Notes: a model not told the origin generated them from the sequence alone. A DNA stretch of 64,000 bases from Candidatus Rokubacteria bacterium CSP1-6 (GCA_001443385.1 LDXP01000003.1:33755-97754); one strand, 5' to 3'; counted from the stretch's first letter, positions 10,592 through 23,587 are shown. Numbers and translations are program-made.

Positions 10592-11686
10592 ATGGAGGTT
10601 CAGCTCGAGCGCGATGCCTTTTCCAAAGGGCTCCAGATGGTCCAGAACATCGTCGAACCCCGGCAGACCCTGCCCATCCTGGCGAATGTCCTTCTCGAGA
10701 CGGAGGGAGACGTGCTCCGCGTGACCGCGACCGACCTCGCGGTAGGAGCGCGGGTGTCGGTGCCGGCCAAGGTGGCCTCGCCAGGCGCTATCACGCTCTC
10801 GGCGCGAAAGCTCGCCGAGATCGTGAAGGAGTTGCCCGTGGCGCCGCTGTCCCTCAAGGTCCAGGAAAATGCCTGGGTCGTTCTCCGCTGTGGCGGGGTC
10901 TCCTACAAGCTGGTGGGGCTGGCGGCGGAGGATTTTCCGGCGGTGGTCCCCACGGCGTCGCCGGCCTGGGTGTCGCTGGACGGAAAGGCGCTGAAAGAGA
11001 TGCTGGGGCGAACGGCATTCGCGATGTCCCACGACGAGAGCCGCTACGCGTTGAACGGGGTGCTCCTGTCCGTGCAGCCCGGGCGCCTCCGGGTTGTCGC
11101 CACCGATGGGCATCGGTTGGCGCTTGCCTCGCGGGCGCTCCCGAACGGAGCGGGGAGCGCCACGGGCATCGTGCCCCGGAAGGCGGTTCAGGAGGTGATG
11201 CGGGTGCTGGGAGCCGGCGAGGAGGTGCAGGTCGCCCTGGTGGAGAATCAATTCATCCTCAGGATGCCGAACTTCCTCCTCGTGGCGCGGCTGATCGAGG
11301 GGCAGTTCCCGAACTACGAGCAGGTCGTGCCGAAGGGGCACCCCTGCCGGCTCGCGGTCTCGCGGTCCGCCCTGGCCGCGGCGCTGCGGCGGGTGTCCGT
11401 GCTCTCCGAGGAGCGCACCAAGCCCGTCAAGTTGCTCCTCTCACCGGGCTCCCTGAAGCTGTCCGCCTCCAACCCCGAACTGGGCGAGGCGGAGGAGAGC
11501 CTGGCGGTGGACTACTCGGGCGAGGAGTTGGCGATCGGGTTCAACTCCCGCTATGTGCTGGACGCCCTCGGCGCCATCGAAACGGACGAGGTGGTCGCCG
11601 AGCTCAAGGACGGATTGAGCCCGGGAATCATCCGAAGCTTGGAGGGCGAGGAGTACTTCTGTGTTATAATGCCTATGAGGATTTAG
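10592..11686 (+). CDS. dnaN: DNA polymerase III beta sliding clamp
   Basis: Three-domain beta-clamp sequence; ATG at 10592 is preceded by a GGAGG RBS (10582-10586). Confidence 0.92.
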   Translation: MEVQLERDAFSKGLQMVQNIVEPRQTLPILANVLLETEGDVLRVTATDLAVGARVSVPAKVASPGAITLSARKLAEIVKELPVAPLSLKVQENAWVVLRCGGVSYKLVGLAAEDFPAVVPTASPAWVSLDGKALKEMLGRTAFAMSHDESRYALNGVLLSVQPGRLRVVATDGHRLALASRALPNGAGSATGIVPRKAVQEVMRVLGAGEEVQVALVENQFILRMPNFLLVARLIEGQFPNYEQVVPKGHPCRLAVSRSALAAALRRVSVLSEERTKPVKLLLSPGSLKLSASNPELGEAEESLAVDYSGEELAIGFNSRYVLDALGAIETDEVVAELKDGLSPGIIRSLEGEEYFCVIMPMRI

Positions 11687-11746
11687 TATCGAATGAGAGC
11701 AGGATAGGGTGGAGGTCCGATGGGTCACGCCACGTCGCTTCCCTGA

Positions 11747-14215
<2,469 letters not shown>

Positions 14216-14231
14216 TCTTTCGCCCGCCCAC

Positions 14232-16670
14232 ATGTCCCCCAACGAGCGCGTCGTTCCCGTCCCGATCGAAGAGGAAATGCGCAAGTCCTACCTGGCCTAC
14301 GCGATGTCCGTCATCGTCGGGCGGGCGCTCCCGGACATCCGCGACGGGCTCAAGCCTGTGCACCGCCGTGTGCTGTACACGATGCAAAGCCTCGGGCTGG
14401 CCTGGAACCGGGCGTACAAGAAATCGGCCAAGGTCGTGGGCGAGGTGCTCGGGAAGTATCACCCTCACGGCGACGCGCCGGTCTACGAAGCGCTGGTGCG
14501 GATGGTCCAGGAATTCTCCTTGCGCTACCCGCTGGTGGACGGTCAGGGCAACTACGGGTCGATCGACGGGGATCCGCCCGCGGCCTATCGCTACACGGAG
14601 GCGCGGCTGGCCAAGATCGCCCACGAGATGCTCGCGGACATCGACAAGGGGACGGTGGACTTCGTCCCGAACTTCGACGAGTCGGAGCAGGAGCCGACGG
14701 TTCTCCCGACCAGACTCCCCAACCTCCTGGTCAACGGCTCGTCCGGGATCGCGGTGGGGATGGCGACCAACATCCCGCCCCACAACCTCTCGGAGGTCGT
14801 GGACGGGCTCGTCATGCTCATCGACAACCCTGCCGCCACGGTGGACGACCTTATGGCGGTCATCAAGGGCCCCGACTTTCCCACGCGGGGGTACATCTAC
14901 GGGACGGCCGGGATCCGCGAGGCGTTCACCACGGGGCGCGGGACGATCACGATGCGGGCCAAGGCCCACGCCGAGAAGATGCGCGGCGGGCGCGAAGCGA
15001 TCATCGTGACCGAGCTGCCCTATCAGGTGAACAAGGCCACGCTGATCGAGAAGATCGCCGAGCTCGCCCGCGAGAAGAAGATCGAGGGGATTTCGGAGAT
15101 CCGCGACGAATCCAGCCGCGAGGGGATCCGGATCGTGCTCGAGGTGGGGCGGGGCGAGATCCCGCAGATCCTCCTGAACCAGCTCCACAAGCACACCCAG
15201 ATGCAGTCCACCTTCGGGGTCATCATGCTCGCCCTCGTGGACCGCCGGCCCCAGGTGGTGACCCTCAAGGAGATGCTGGAGGCCTTTATCCGCTTCCGGC
15301 GCGAGGTGGTGACCCGGCGGACGCGGTTCGACCTGGCTCGGGCCGAGGAGCGCGCGCACATTCTCGAGGGGCTCCGCAAGGCGGTGGAGCAGCTGGACCT
15401 GGTCATCCGGCTGATCCGCGGGGCGGAGAACCCCGAGGCCGCGAAGGACGCCCTCGTGCGGCGGCTCGAGCTGACGGAGGTCCAGGCCAAGGCGATCCTC
15501 GACATGCGCCTCCAGCGCCTGACCCAGCTCGAGCGCCACAAGATCGTGGAGGAGCACGAGCAGACGCTGGCGCTGATCGCCGATCTCAAGGACATCCTGG
15601 CCTCCGAGGGGCGGCTGATGCGGATCATCAAGGAGGAATTGCTGACCCTCAAGGCCGAGTACGGCGACGAGCGACGCACTGAGATCCTGACGGAAACCAC
15701 TGAACTCACCATTGAGGATTTGCTGGCCGACGAGGAGATGGTCGTCACGATCACGCGATCGGGCTACATCAAGCGCACGCACGTGGACCTCTACCGGAGC
15801 CAGCGGCGCGGCGGCAAAGGCGTGACGGGGATGGAGACCAAGGAGGAGGACGTTGTCCAGGACCTCTTCATCGCCACGACGCACTCCTACCTCCTCTTCT
15901 TCACGTCGCAGGGCAAGGTCCACTGGCTCAAGGTCCACGAGATCCCCGAGGGCGGCCGGCAGGCGAAGGGCAAGGCCATGGCGAACCTCCTGGCGCTGGC
16001 CGAGACCGAGCGGGTGGCGGCGGTGCTGCCGATTCGGGAGTTCGAGGCGGGCGGGTTCATCCTGTTCGCCACCAAGCAGGGGAAGGTGAAGAAGACGGAA
16101 CTGGAGGCGTACTCGCACCCCCGCGCGGGCGGGATCCAGGCCATCGCGCTCGAGGAGGGCGATGAGGTGATGGCCGCCCGGCGGACCGACGGCCAGCGCG
16201 AGGTTGTGATGTCCACCAAGAAGGGGATGATCATCCGGTTCTCCGAGGAGGAAGCGCGGCCCATGGGTCGCGTGGCGGCCGGGGTCCGGGGGATCGACGT
16301 CGAGGACGGCGACCAGGTGATCGCCGCCGAGGTTGTGCTGGAGGGGGCCGCCCTCCTCACGGTGACCGAGCGCGGCTACGGCAAGCAGACCCCGCTGGAG
16401 GAGTACCGCCTGCAGGGACGGGCCGGGAAGGGGATCATCGACATCAAGACCGGCGGGCGGAACGGCGACGTCGTGGGGGTGGTCCAGGCCCGGCCCGGCG
16501 ACGACATCCTGGTGGTCACGACCAAGGGGAAGATCATCCGGATGCACGCCCCCGACGTGTCGTCCCAGGGCCGGAACACGTGGGGCGTGCGCGTGATCGA
16601 CCTGGACCCCGACGATCAGGTGGGGAGCGTGGCGCGGGTCGACGCCGAGCAGACCGAGCCCGAATCATAG
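14232..16670 (+). CDS. gyrA: DNA gyrase subunit A
   Basis: 812-aa ORF with the active-site Tyr region (AAMRYTEARL-like [10 protein letters not shown]) and the C-terminal beta-pinwheel GyrA-box repeats. Confidence 0.95.
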   Translation: MSPNERVVPVPIEEEMRKSYLAYAMSVIVGRALPDIRDGLKPVHRRVLYTMQSLGLAWNRAYKKSAKVVGEVLGKYHPHGDAPVYEALVRMVQEFSLRYPLVDGQGNYGSIDGDPPAAYRYTEARLAKIAHEMLADIDKGTVDFVPNFDESEQEPTVLPTRLPNLLVNGSSGIAVGMATNIPPHNLSEVVDGLVMLIDNPAATVDDLMAVIKGPDFPTRGYIYGTAGIREAFTTGRGTITMRAKAHAEKMRGGREAIIVTELPYQVNKATLIEKIAELAREKKIEGISEIRDESSREGIRIVLEVGRGEIPQILLNQLHKHTQMQSTFGVIMLALVDRRPQVVTLKEMLEAFIRFRREVVTRRTRFDLARAEERAHILEGLRKAVEQLDLVIRLIRGAENPEAAKDALVRRLELTEVQAKAILDMRLQRLTQLERHKIVEEHEQTLALIADLKDILASEGRLMRIIKEELLTLKAEYGDERRTEILTETTELTIEDLLADEEMVVTITRSGYIKRTHVDLYRSQRRGGKGVTGMETKEEDVVQDLFIATTHSYLLFFTSQGKVHWLKVHEIPEGGRQAKGKAMANLLALAETERVAAVLPIREFEAGGFILFATKQGKVKKTELEAYSHPRAGGIQAIALEEGDEVMAARRTDGQREVVMSTKKGMIIRFSEEEARPMGRVAAGVRGIDVEDGDQVIAAEVVLEGAALLTVTERGYGKQTPLEEYRLQGRAGKGIIDIKTGGRNGDVVGVVQARPGDDILVVTTKGKIIRMHAPDVSSQGRNTWGVRVIDLDPDDQVGSVARVDAEQTEPES

Positions 16671-18020
<1,350 letters not shown>

Positions 18021-18026
18021 ACGCCG

Positions 18027-18113
18027 GAGGGGTGGCCGAGCGGTTGAAGGCGCCGGTCTTGAAAACCGGAATCCCGCAAGGGATCGGGGGTTCGAATCCC
18101 TCCCCCTCCGCCA
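18027..18113 (+). tRNA. tRNA-Ser (anticodon TGA)
   Basis: Cloverleaf with GGAGGGG acceptor, anticodon loop CTTGAAA, long variable arm, T-loop TTCGAAT, and an encoded CCA. Confidence 0.85.
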
Positions 18114-18116
18114 AAT

Positions 18117-18190
18117 CCTCGGAGGGGGGCTCCGCCCCCCTTCCGACGCCCCGCGGCAAAGCCGGCGCGCGAAGCACGCGCGCTTTCGCC
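18117..18190 (+). repeat. Intergenic G/C-rich hairpin repeat, copy 1
   Basis: The 30-nt core CCTCGGAGGGGGGCTCCGCCCCCCTTCCGA is identical to the core at 48886 and to the reverse complement of 62491-62519; followed by the GGCAAAGCC hairpin motif. Confidence 0.8.
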
Positions 18191-18230
18191 AGAGCCCGGA
18201 ATGCCTTATAGTGGGTAGGCTTGACGCTTG

Positions 18231-18324
18231 GGAGAGGTGGCCGAGTTGGCCGAAGGCAGCCGCCTGCTAAGCGGTTACAGGGGCAAAACCTCTGTCCCGG
18301 GTTCGAATCCCGGCCTCTCCGCCA
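18231..18324 (+). tRNA. tRNA-Ser (anticodon GCT)
   Basis: Acceptor GGAGAGG, anticodon loop CTGCTAA, long variable arm, T-loop TTCGAAT, encoded CCA. Confidence 0.85.
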
Positions 18325-18326
18325 TC

Positions 18327-18403
18327 GCGCCCATAGCTCAGTTGGATAGAGCGTCGGACTACGAATCCGAAGGCCGCAGGTTCAAGTCCTGCTGGGCGCA
18401 CCA
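18327..18403 (+). tRNA. tRNA-Arg (anticodon ACG)
   Basis: GCGCCCATAGCTCAGTTGGATAGAGC... with anticodon loop CTACGAA and encoded CCA; 2 nt after tRNA-Ser(GCT). Confidence 0.9.
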
Positions 18404-18407
18404 TTTC

Positions 18408-18440
18408 GACCCCCCGGGAGGGCGCCACTCTCGGGGGGTC
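18408..18440 (+). terminator. GC-rich hairpin after the tRNA pair (GACCCCCCGGGAG...CTCTCGGGGGGTC)
   Basis: A 12-13-bp near-perfect inverted repeat right after tRNA-Arg; no U-tract, so the terminator or processing role is inferred. Confidence 0.4.
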
Positions 18441-18480
18441 CTTCGCTTCGCTGCCTGACCCCATCGTCCGGGTGTGCTAG

Positions 18481-18960
<480 letters not shown>

Positions 18961-18962
18961 TG

Positions 18963-19058
18963 CGGAGGGGTGGCCGAGCCCGGTTGAAGGCGTCCGACTC
19001 GAAATCGGATAGGGGCCCAGAAGGTCCCTCGGGGGTTCAAATCCTCTCCCCTCCGCCA
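18963..19058 (+). tRNA. tRNA-Ser (anticodon CGA)
   Basis: Acceptor GGAGGGG, anticodon loop CTCGAAA, long variable arm, T-loop TTCAAAT, encoded CCA. Confidence 0.8.
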
Positions 19059-19061
19059 TAT

Positions 19062-19154
19062 GGAGAGGTGACCGAGCGGCCGAAGGTGCGGCATTGGAAA
19101 TGCCGTGCACGGGTAAACCCTGTGCCGTGGGTTCGAATCCCACCCTCTCCGCCA
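19062..19154 (+). tRNA. tRNA-Ser (anticodon GGA)
   Basis: Acceptor GGAGAGG, anticodon loop TTGGAAA, long variable arm, T-loop TTCGAAT, encoded CCA. Confidence 0.85.
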
Positions 19155-19171
19155 TTTGGGACATACAGCGT

Positions 19172-19441
19172 GGCCGTGCTAGACGGGGAGGTAGCGGTGC
19201 CCTGTAGCCCGCAATCCGCTACAGCGGGGTTGAATCCCCTCTCGAGGCTTCTTCGCGTTGAATGAGCTTCACGGGGCGGCGTTGAGGGTTGGGCCCCACG
19301 CAACGAGAATCGTCGAACCCCGCCAGGCCCGGAAGGGAGCAACGGTAAGGCGACCCTCTCGTGTGCCGTGGGAGTACCTGACCGGAGCAGGTTCCGTGGA
19401 GAGATCGCAGGGCGAGCGAGGTCGATTGAGGGTGCACGGCC
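19172..19441 (+). ncRNA. ffs: Signal recognition particle RNA, large (Bacillus-type) form with an Alu domain
   Basis: 5' GGCCGTGCTAGACGGGGAGGTAGCGGTGCCCTGTAGCC...GGGGTTGAATCCCC resembles the Alu-domain start of B. subtilis scRNA. Domain IV motif CCAGGCCCGGAAGGGAGCAAC...GTGTGCCGTGGGAG is present. The 3' end GGTGCACGGCC pairs with the 5' end. Sits immediately upstream of dnaX, as in many bacteria. Confidence 0.75.
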
Positions 19442-19460
19442 ATTTATCTCCGAGGGCGAC

Positions 19461-21151
19461 ATGAGCTACCAGGTGCTGGCGAGGAAGTGGCGGCCCCAGA
19501 CCTTCGACGCGGTGGTCGGCCAGGAGCCGATCACGCGGACGCTCAGGAATGCGCTGGCGGCGAACCGGATCGCCCACGCCTATCTCTTCGCGGGACCGCG
19601 CGGGATCGGGAAGACCACCACGGCGCGCCTCCTCGCCAAGGCCCTGCTGTGCACCGCGCGCCGGGACCCGGAGCCCTGCGGCGCCTGTCCGGCGTGCCGG
19701 GAACTCGTCCTTGGGACGCTGGTGGATGTCATCGAGATCGACGGCGCCTCGAACCGCGGCATCGACGACATCCGCACCCTCCGGGAGAACGTCCGGTACG
19801 CGCCGGCCCGGGGGCGGTACAAGGTCTACATCATCGACGAGGCCCATCAGCTCACCAAGGAAGCGTTCAACGCGCTCCTCAAGACGCTGGAGGAGCCCCC
19901 GGCCCACGTCGTCTTTGTCCTGGCGACGACGCAGCCCCACGAGATGCCCCTGACGGTGCTCTCGCGCTGCCAGCGGTTCGACTTCAAACCGATCCCGCCC
20001 GAGCTGCTGTCGGCGAGCCTGGAGCGGATTTTGAGGGAGGAGAAGGTCGAGTTCGACCCCGCCGCGCTGCCGCTCCTGGTTCGCAGCGCCGAAGGGAGCC
20101 TGAGGGATGCCCTGTCGCTGCTCGACACCGCGCTGGCCTACGGCGGCGGCCGGCTCGCCGCCGACTCGCTGGCGCACCTCCTGGGCGCCAGCGCCCCGGC
20201 CCAGGTGCGGGCCTTCGTCGGCGCGCTCGTGGTGCGGGACGGGGCGGGGGCACTGGAGGCGATCGATCGGGCGGCGCAGGAGGGAGAGGATCTGGCCGTG
20301 CTCTGCCGGGAGACCGTGGAGGCGTTGCGCCGGCTCCTGCTCTTGAAGGTCGCGCCGCGCCTGTCCCCCCCGGACCTGACGGCGGCCGAGATCGAGGAGT
20401 TCCGGCAGAGGCCGCCCGGCTCAGCGAAGACGAGCTGCTCTTCGTCCTGAAGGGTTTCGTCGAGGCCGAGGGGGAGGTCCGGCGTTCCCCGCATCCCCGC
20501 GTGGAGCTGGAGATCGCCGCCGTTAAAGCGGTCCGGCGCCCCGTCGCCGCGGCGATCGAGAGCGTGCTGGCCAAGGTCGAGGAAGTCGAAGAGCGCCTCC
20601 GGCAGATGGCGTTTTTAGGCGGCGCCGCGCCGGCCGCGCCGTCGGGCCCGGTGCAGGAAAGCCTGATTCCCCCCGAGTCCGGCCCGCGTCCCGCGTCTCC
20701 CGGGCCGCGAAGCGCAGCACTCCCGCCGCCCGCGCCGCGCCCGCCCGCGAGCCCGTCGGCGAAACTTCCGGCCTCCGCCGCTGCGCCCGCGGCCCAGGGG
20801 CTGGACGCGGGCTGGCGGCAGGTCGTCGAGGAGGTCCTCCGACGGAAGCCCTCGCTGGGGGCGGTGCTCGAGCAGTCCACGCCCGTCACGCTCGCCGAGG
20901 GGAAGCTGACCGTGGCGCTCGTCGGCAATCACTTCCATAAGGAGCTCGTCGCCGATCGGGCCAACCACGAGCTCGTCACCCAGGCGGTTCAGCGCCACAT
21001 CCCCGGCGCCAAGCGGATCGAGATCAGCATGGGGGCAGCGCAGGAGGCCGGCGCCCAGGGGCATCCCGCCGTGCAGGCGGCGCTGTCGGTCTTCCAGGGC
21101 GAGGTGGTGGCGGTGCGGGCGAGGACCGAGGAAGGAGGGGAAGGCCAGTGA
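19461..21151 (+). CDS. dnaX: DNA polymerase III subunit tau/gamma; full length needs a -1 frame change near 20405-20420
   Basis: N-terminal AAA+ clamp-loader (GPRGIGKTT, DEAHQL) in the frame of 19461 up to ...TAAEIEEFRQ; it continues as ...AARLSEDELLFVLKGF... plus the conserved tau C-terminus only in the -1 frame (ORF 19487..21151). The zero frame stops at 20450. Confidence 0.85.
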
Positions 21152-21462
21152 AGGGCTTCGGGAACATGATGAAGGAGGCGCAGAAGCTCCAGGCACAGCT
21201 GGAGGCCCTCCGCGAGGAAGTGGCCAAGAAGAAGGTCGAGGCCACGGCGGGCGGCGGCATGGTCACGGTCGAGGCCAGCGGCAATCAAGAGATCGTGTCG
21301 ATCAAGATCGATCGCGAGGTGATCAACCCCGAGGACGCCCAGATGCTGGAGGATCTGGTTCTCGCCGCGTGCAACGAGGCCCTCAGGAAGTCCCGCGAGC
21401 TGGTGCAGGCCGAGATGGGCAAGCTCACGGGCGGCCTCCGGATTCCCGGTCTCACTCCGTAG
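21148..21462 (+). CDS. ybaB: Nucleoid-associated protein YbaB/EbfC
   Basis: 104-aa conserved YbaB sequence; GTGA overlap with the dnaX stop; GGAGGGG RBS. Confidence 0.88.
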   Translation: MKGFGNMMKEAQKLQAQLEALREEVAKKKVEATAGGGMVTVEASGNQEIVSIKIDREVINPEDAQMLEDLVLAACNEALRKSRELVQAEMGKLTGGLRIPGLTP

Positions 21463-21471
21463 AGGGGTGGA

Positions 21472-22074
21472 GTGGCGTATTACCCCGAACCCGTTGCCCG
21501 CCTGATCGAGGCCTTCCAGAAGCTGCCGGGCATCGGCCCCAAGACGGCCCAGCGACTCACCTTCTTCCTCCTCAAGCGCCCCCCCGAGGAGGTCACCGCC
21601 CTCAGCGAAGCGCTCGCCCGCGTCAGGGCCCAGATCGTCAACTGCTCGGTCTGCTTCAACGTGACCGAGGAGGATCCCTGCCGGATCTGCACGGATCCCT
21701 CGAGGGACGGGAAGAGCCTGTGCGTGGTGGAGGAGCCCAACGATCTCCTCGCCCTCGAGCGCACCGGGCAGTACCGGGGCCGCTACCACGTGCTCCTGGG
21801 CGCGCTGTCGCCGCTCGACGGCATCGGCCCGGAGGACCTCCGCGTGCGGGAGCTGCTGGCCCGGCTCGAGACTCAGCCGGTGGACGAGGTGATCCTCGCC
21901 ACCAACCCCAACGTGGAGGGCGAGGCGACCGCGATCTACCTGGCGAAGCTCCTGAAGCCGCTCGCGGGCCGGGTGACCCGGATCGCGCGCGGCCTCCCTG
22001 TGGGGGGGGACCTCGAGTACGCCGACGAGGTTACCCTGGGCAAGTCGCTGGAGGGGCGCAAAGAGATGGGGTAA
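21472..22074 (+). CDS. recR: Recombination protein RecR
   Basis: HhH (LPGIGPKTAQRL), C4 zinc finger (CSVCFNVTEEDPCRIC) and Toprim domain. Confidence 0.92.
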   Translation: MAYYPEPVARLIEAFQKLPGIGPKTAQRLTFFLLKRPPEEVTALSEALARVRAQIVNCSVCFNVTEEDPCRICTDPSRDGKSLCVVEEPNDLLALERTGQYRGRYHVLLGALSPLDGIGPEDLRVRELLARLETQPVDEVILATNPNVEGEATAIYLAKLLKPLAGRVTRIARGLPVGGDLEYADEVTLGKSLEGRKEMG

Positions 22075-22140
22075 GGCGAAGCGAGATCGAGTAAAATAGC
22101 CATGTTCCCCGGTAGCTCAACCGGTAGAGCAGGTGGCTGT

Positions 22141-22700
22141 AAGGAGGGTGAACAGGTGGCCGGTGGGCGGACATACGCTGATCGCCGCGAGTATCTCATC
22201 AAGGCCGTCCAGAAACGGCGTAAGGAGGTGCGCCGGAAGGCGCTTGTTTACAAGGGCGGCCGTTGTCAGAAGTGCGGTTATGATCGGTGTATGGAAGCGT
22301 TGGAGTTCCACCATCTGAACTCCTCGCGTAAGGATTTTGGGATCTCCAGTCAAGGGCATACCCGCAGCTGGAACAAGATCCGCGAGGAGTTAGAGAAGTG
22401 CGCGCTCCTTTGCGCCAACTGCCATCGAGAAGTTCACGCCGGACTGCAGCTTCCACAGGAAACTGTGGCTGTAACATCGGGTGAATTCAGGGAAGCCTAC
22501 CCCGGAGTCGTCGCGATTTCGGCACGGTAATCCTGAGCGAAGCCTGCCGAAGGGCCAGCGCGTAGGCAGGAACGTGCAGAGACTAGAGGCTGAGGAGCCC
22601 ATCCAATAAAGCCTCGCAAGCGCCCGACACCCTCCCTGGATCCGATGATCGAGGTGGGTGAAGAGATAGTCCGAGCCCAGTAGAAATGCTGGGGCACTCG
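22141..22700 (+). mobile_element. Group I intron (~560 nt) in the tRNA anticodon loop, carrying an HNH endonuclease ORF
   Basis: Core element R (GTGCAGAGACTAGA, 22574-22587) and S (AAGAGATAGTCC, 22661-22672) form P7. A Q-like AATCCTGAGC lies at ~22528. The intron ends in G (22700); the 5' exon ends in U. Confidence 0.75.
22156..22530 (+). CDS. HNH homing endonuclease (intron-encoded)
   Basis: Motifs CQKCGYDRC...EFHHL...N...CALLCANCHREVH (zinc-finger HNH). GTG 22156 lies 8 nt after GGAGG. The longer ATG at 22102 would overlap the tRNA 5' exon. Confidence 0.75.
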   Translation: MAGGRTYADRREYLIKAVQKRRKEVRRKALVYKGGRCQKCGYDRCMEALEFHHLNSSRKDFGISSQGHTRSWNKIREELEKCALLCANCHREVHAGLQLPQETVAVTSGEFREAYPGVVAISAR

Positions 22701-22740
22701 TAACCACAAGGTTGCAGGTTCGAGTCCTGCCCGGGGAGCC

Positions 22741-22781
22741 ATAAAACAAAAACGGCCGTCGGAGGTGACTCCGCCGGCCGT
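22741..22781. terminator. Bidirectional hairpin terminator (ACGGCCGTCGGAG-GTGA-CTCCGCCGGCCGT) with an A/T-rich flank
   Basis: A 13-bp stem; on the minus strand it is followed by UUUUUGUUUUAU, terminating the convergent minus-strand gene, and it also follows the tRNA 3' end. Confidence 0.6.
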
Positions 22782-22823
22782 TCGTCTCCAAGTGGCCCGT
22801 ACTGTCCGAGGCGCGGCCACCCT

Positions 22824-23498
22824 TCAGTCGACCCGTTCGCCCAGAACGGACGAGGAGGGCGCGGGCGGGACGGGTCCTTCGAGCCGGTCCTTCAGCGCCT
22901 TCAGGGTCTGGACCGCGCCCTGCTCGCCGGCGCCGCGCGTGAGAAAGGCCGGGAGCGTGGTGCGGCCGCCCATCGCGTAGGTCACGAGCACCCCCTGGTC
23001 CCAGGGCTCGACCTTCCAGTACCCCCATTGATCGCGGAAGAGGTCGTTGTCTCGGCCGCGGTCCAGCTCCCAGCGGAGCAGGTGGGCGGCCGCGTCGGCG
23101 TAGTTGTTGACGTGGAAGCGGAAGGCGAACGGGCCCACGGCGACGCGGTAGCGGACGAGGGTGCGATCGCCGCCGCGTTCGAGCACCGCGCTCTCCTTCA
23201 CCCGGGGAAACAACCCCGCGTGGCCGGGGAAATCCACGAGCGTCCGCCAGACGGTGTCGGGGTCGGCCTGGAGCAGCGCCAGAGCGGTTCCCCCCATGGC
23301 GCCGCCGGCGGAGCCCCCGGCCGGAATCTCGCTCTTGAAGAGGATGCGCCCCTGCCGCAGCAGGCGCTCGTCGGTGGACGACAGCGTCAGATCGGCCGTC
23401 ACCGGGTGGGGAAGGGACAGGAGCAGGACGAGGGCGAGGAGCGCCGGCGCGCACCGCGTCCGGCGCGCGAGCCGGCCCAACCGAGGACCGAGGGACAT
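22824..23498 (-). CDS. Secreted SRPBCC-fold (START/polyketide-cyclase-like) protein
   Basis: Signal peptide MSLGPRLGRLARRTRCAPALLALVLLL... and SRPBCC-like sequence; start set at the internal M (23498). Confidence 0.6.
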   Translation of the reverse strand: MSLGPRLGRLARRTRCAPALLALVLLLSLPHPVTADLTLSSTDERLLRQGRILFKSEIPAGGSAGGAMGGTALALLQADPDTVWRTLVDFPGHAGLFPRVKESAVLERGGDRTLVRYRVAVGPFAFRFHVNNYADAAAHLLRWELDRGRDNDLFRDQWGYWKVEPWDQGVLVTYAMGGRTTLPAFLTRGAGEQGAVQTLKALKDRLEGPVPPAPSSSVLGERVD

Positions 23499-23587
23499 GA
23501 GGGCCTCCTCTTGGGAGATAGAGAACAACATTCCACGTATCTCACGGCTCGCCGCAGCGTGTCAACGCCGATGAGCGCGCGGCCGCA

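Larger units (their letters stand above)
22106..22741 (+). tRNA. Intron-containing tRNA, most likely tRNA-Asn(GTT): 5' exon 22106-22140, 3' exon 22701-22741
   Basis: The 5' half is TCCCCGG-TA-GCTC-AACCGGTA-GAGC-A-GGTGG-CTGT. The 3' half is TAA-CCACA-AGGTT-GCAGG-TTCGAGT-CCTGC-CCGGGGA-G-CCA. Joined, they give a 76-nt cloverleaf with loop CTGTTAA, U1-A72 and G73, as in E. coli tRNA-Asn. An alternative junction would give Thr(CGT). Confidence 0.7.

Noticed and set aside
18027-18113. Possibility that a long-arm tRNA in this cluster is tRNA-Sec (prompted by the TGA selenoprotein candidate)
   Set aside because: The anticodon loops read UGA, GCU, CGA and GGA (all Ser) with 7-bp acceptor stems. None has the UCA anticodon or the 8-bp acceptor of tRNA-Sec.
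19368-19460. N-terminal extension of dnaX
   Set aside because: Overlaps the SRP RNA 3' portion. The conserved DnaX start is MSYQVLARKWRP, with a GAGGG RBS.
22133-22143. Alternative interpretation of the interrupted tRNA as tRNA-Thr(CGU) (5' splice after U33)
   Set aside because: It would require an intron ending in U rather than the universal terminal G, and U1-A72 plus G73 fit Asn better. Kept only as an alternative.
22390-23454. 354-aa minus-strand ORF
   Set aside because: Overlaps the SRPBCC gene in another frame and also the group I intron/tRNA region; Arg/Pro-rich, no domain.
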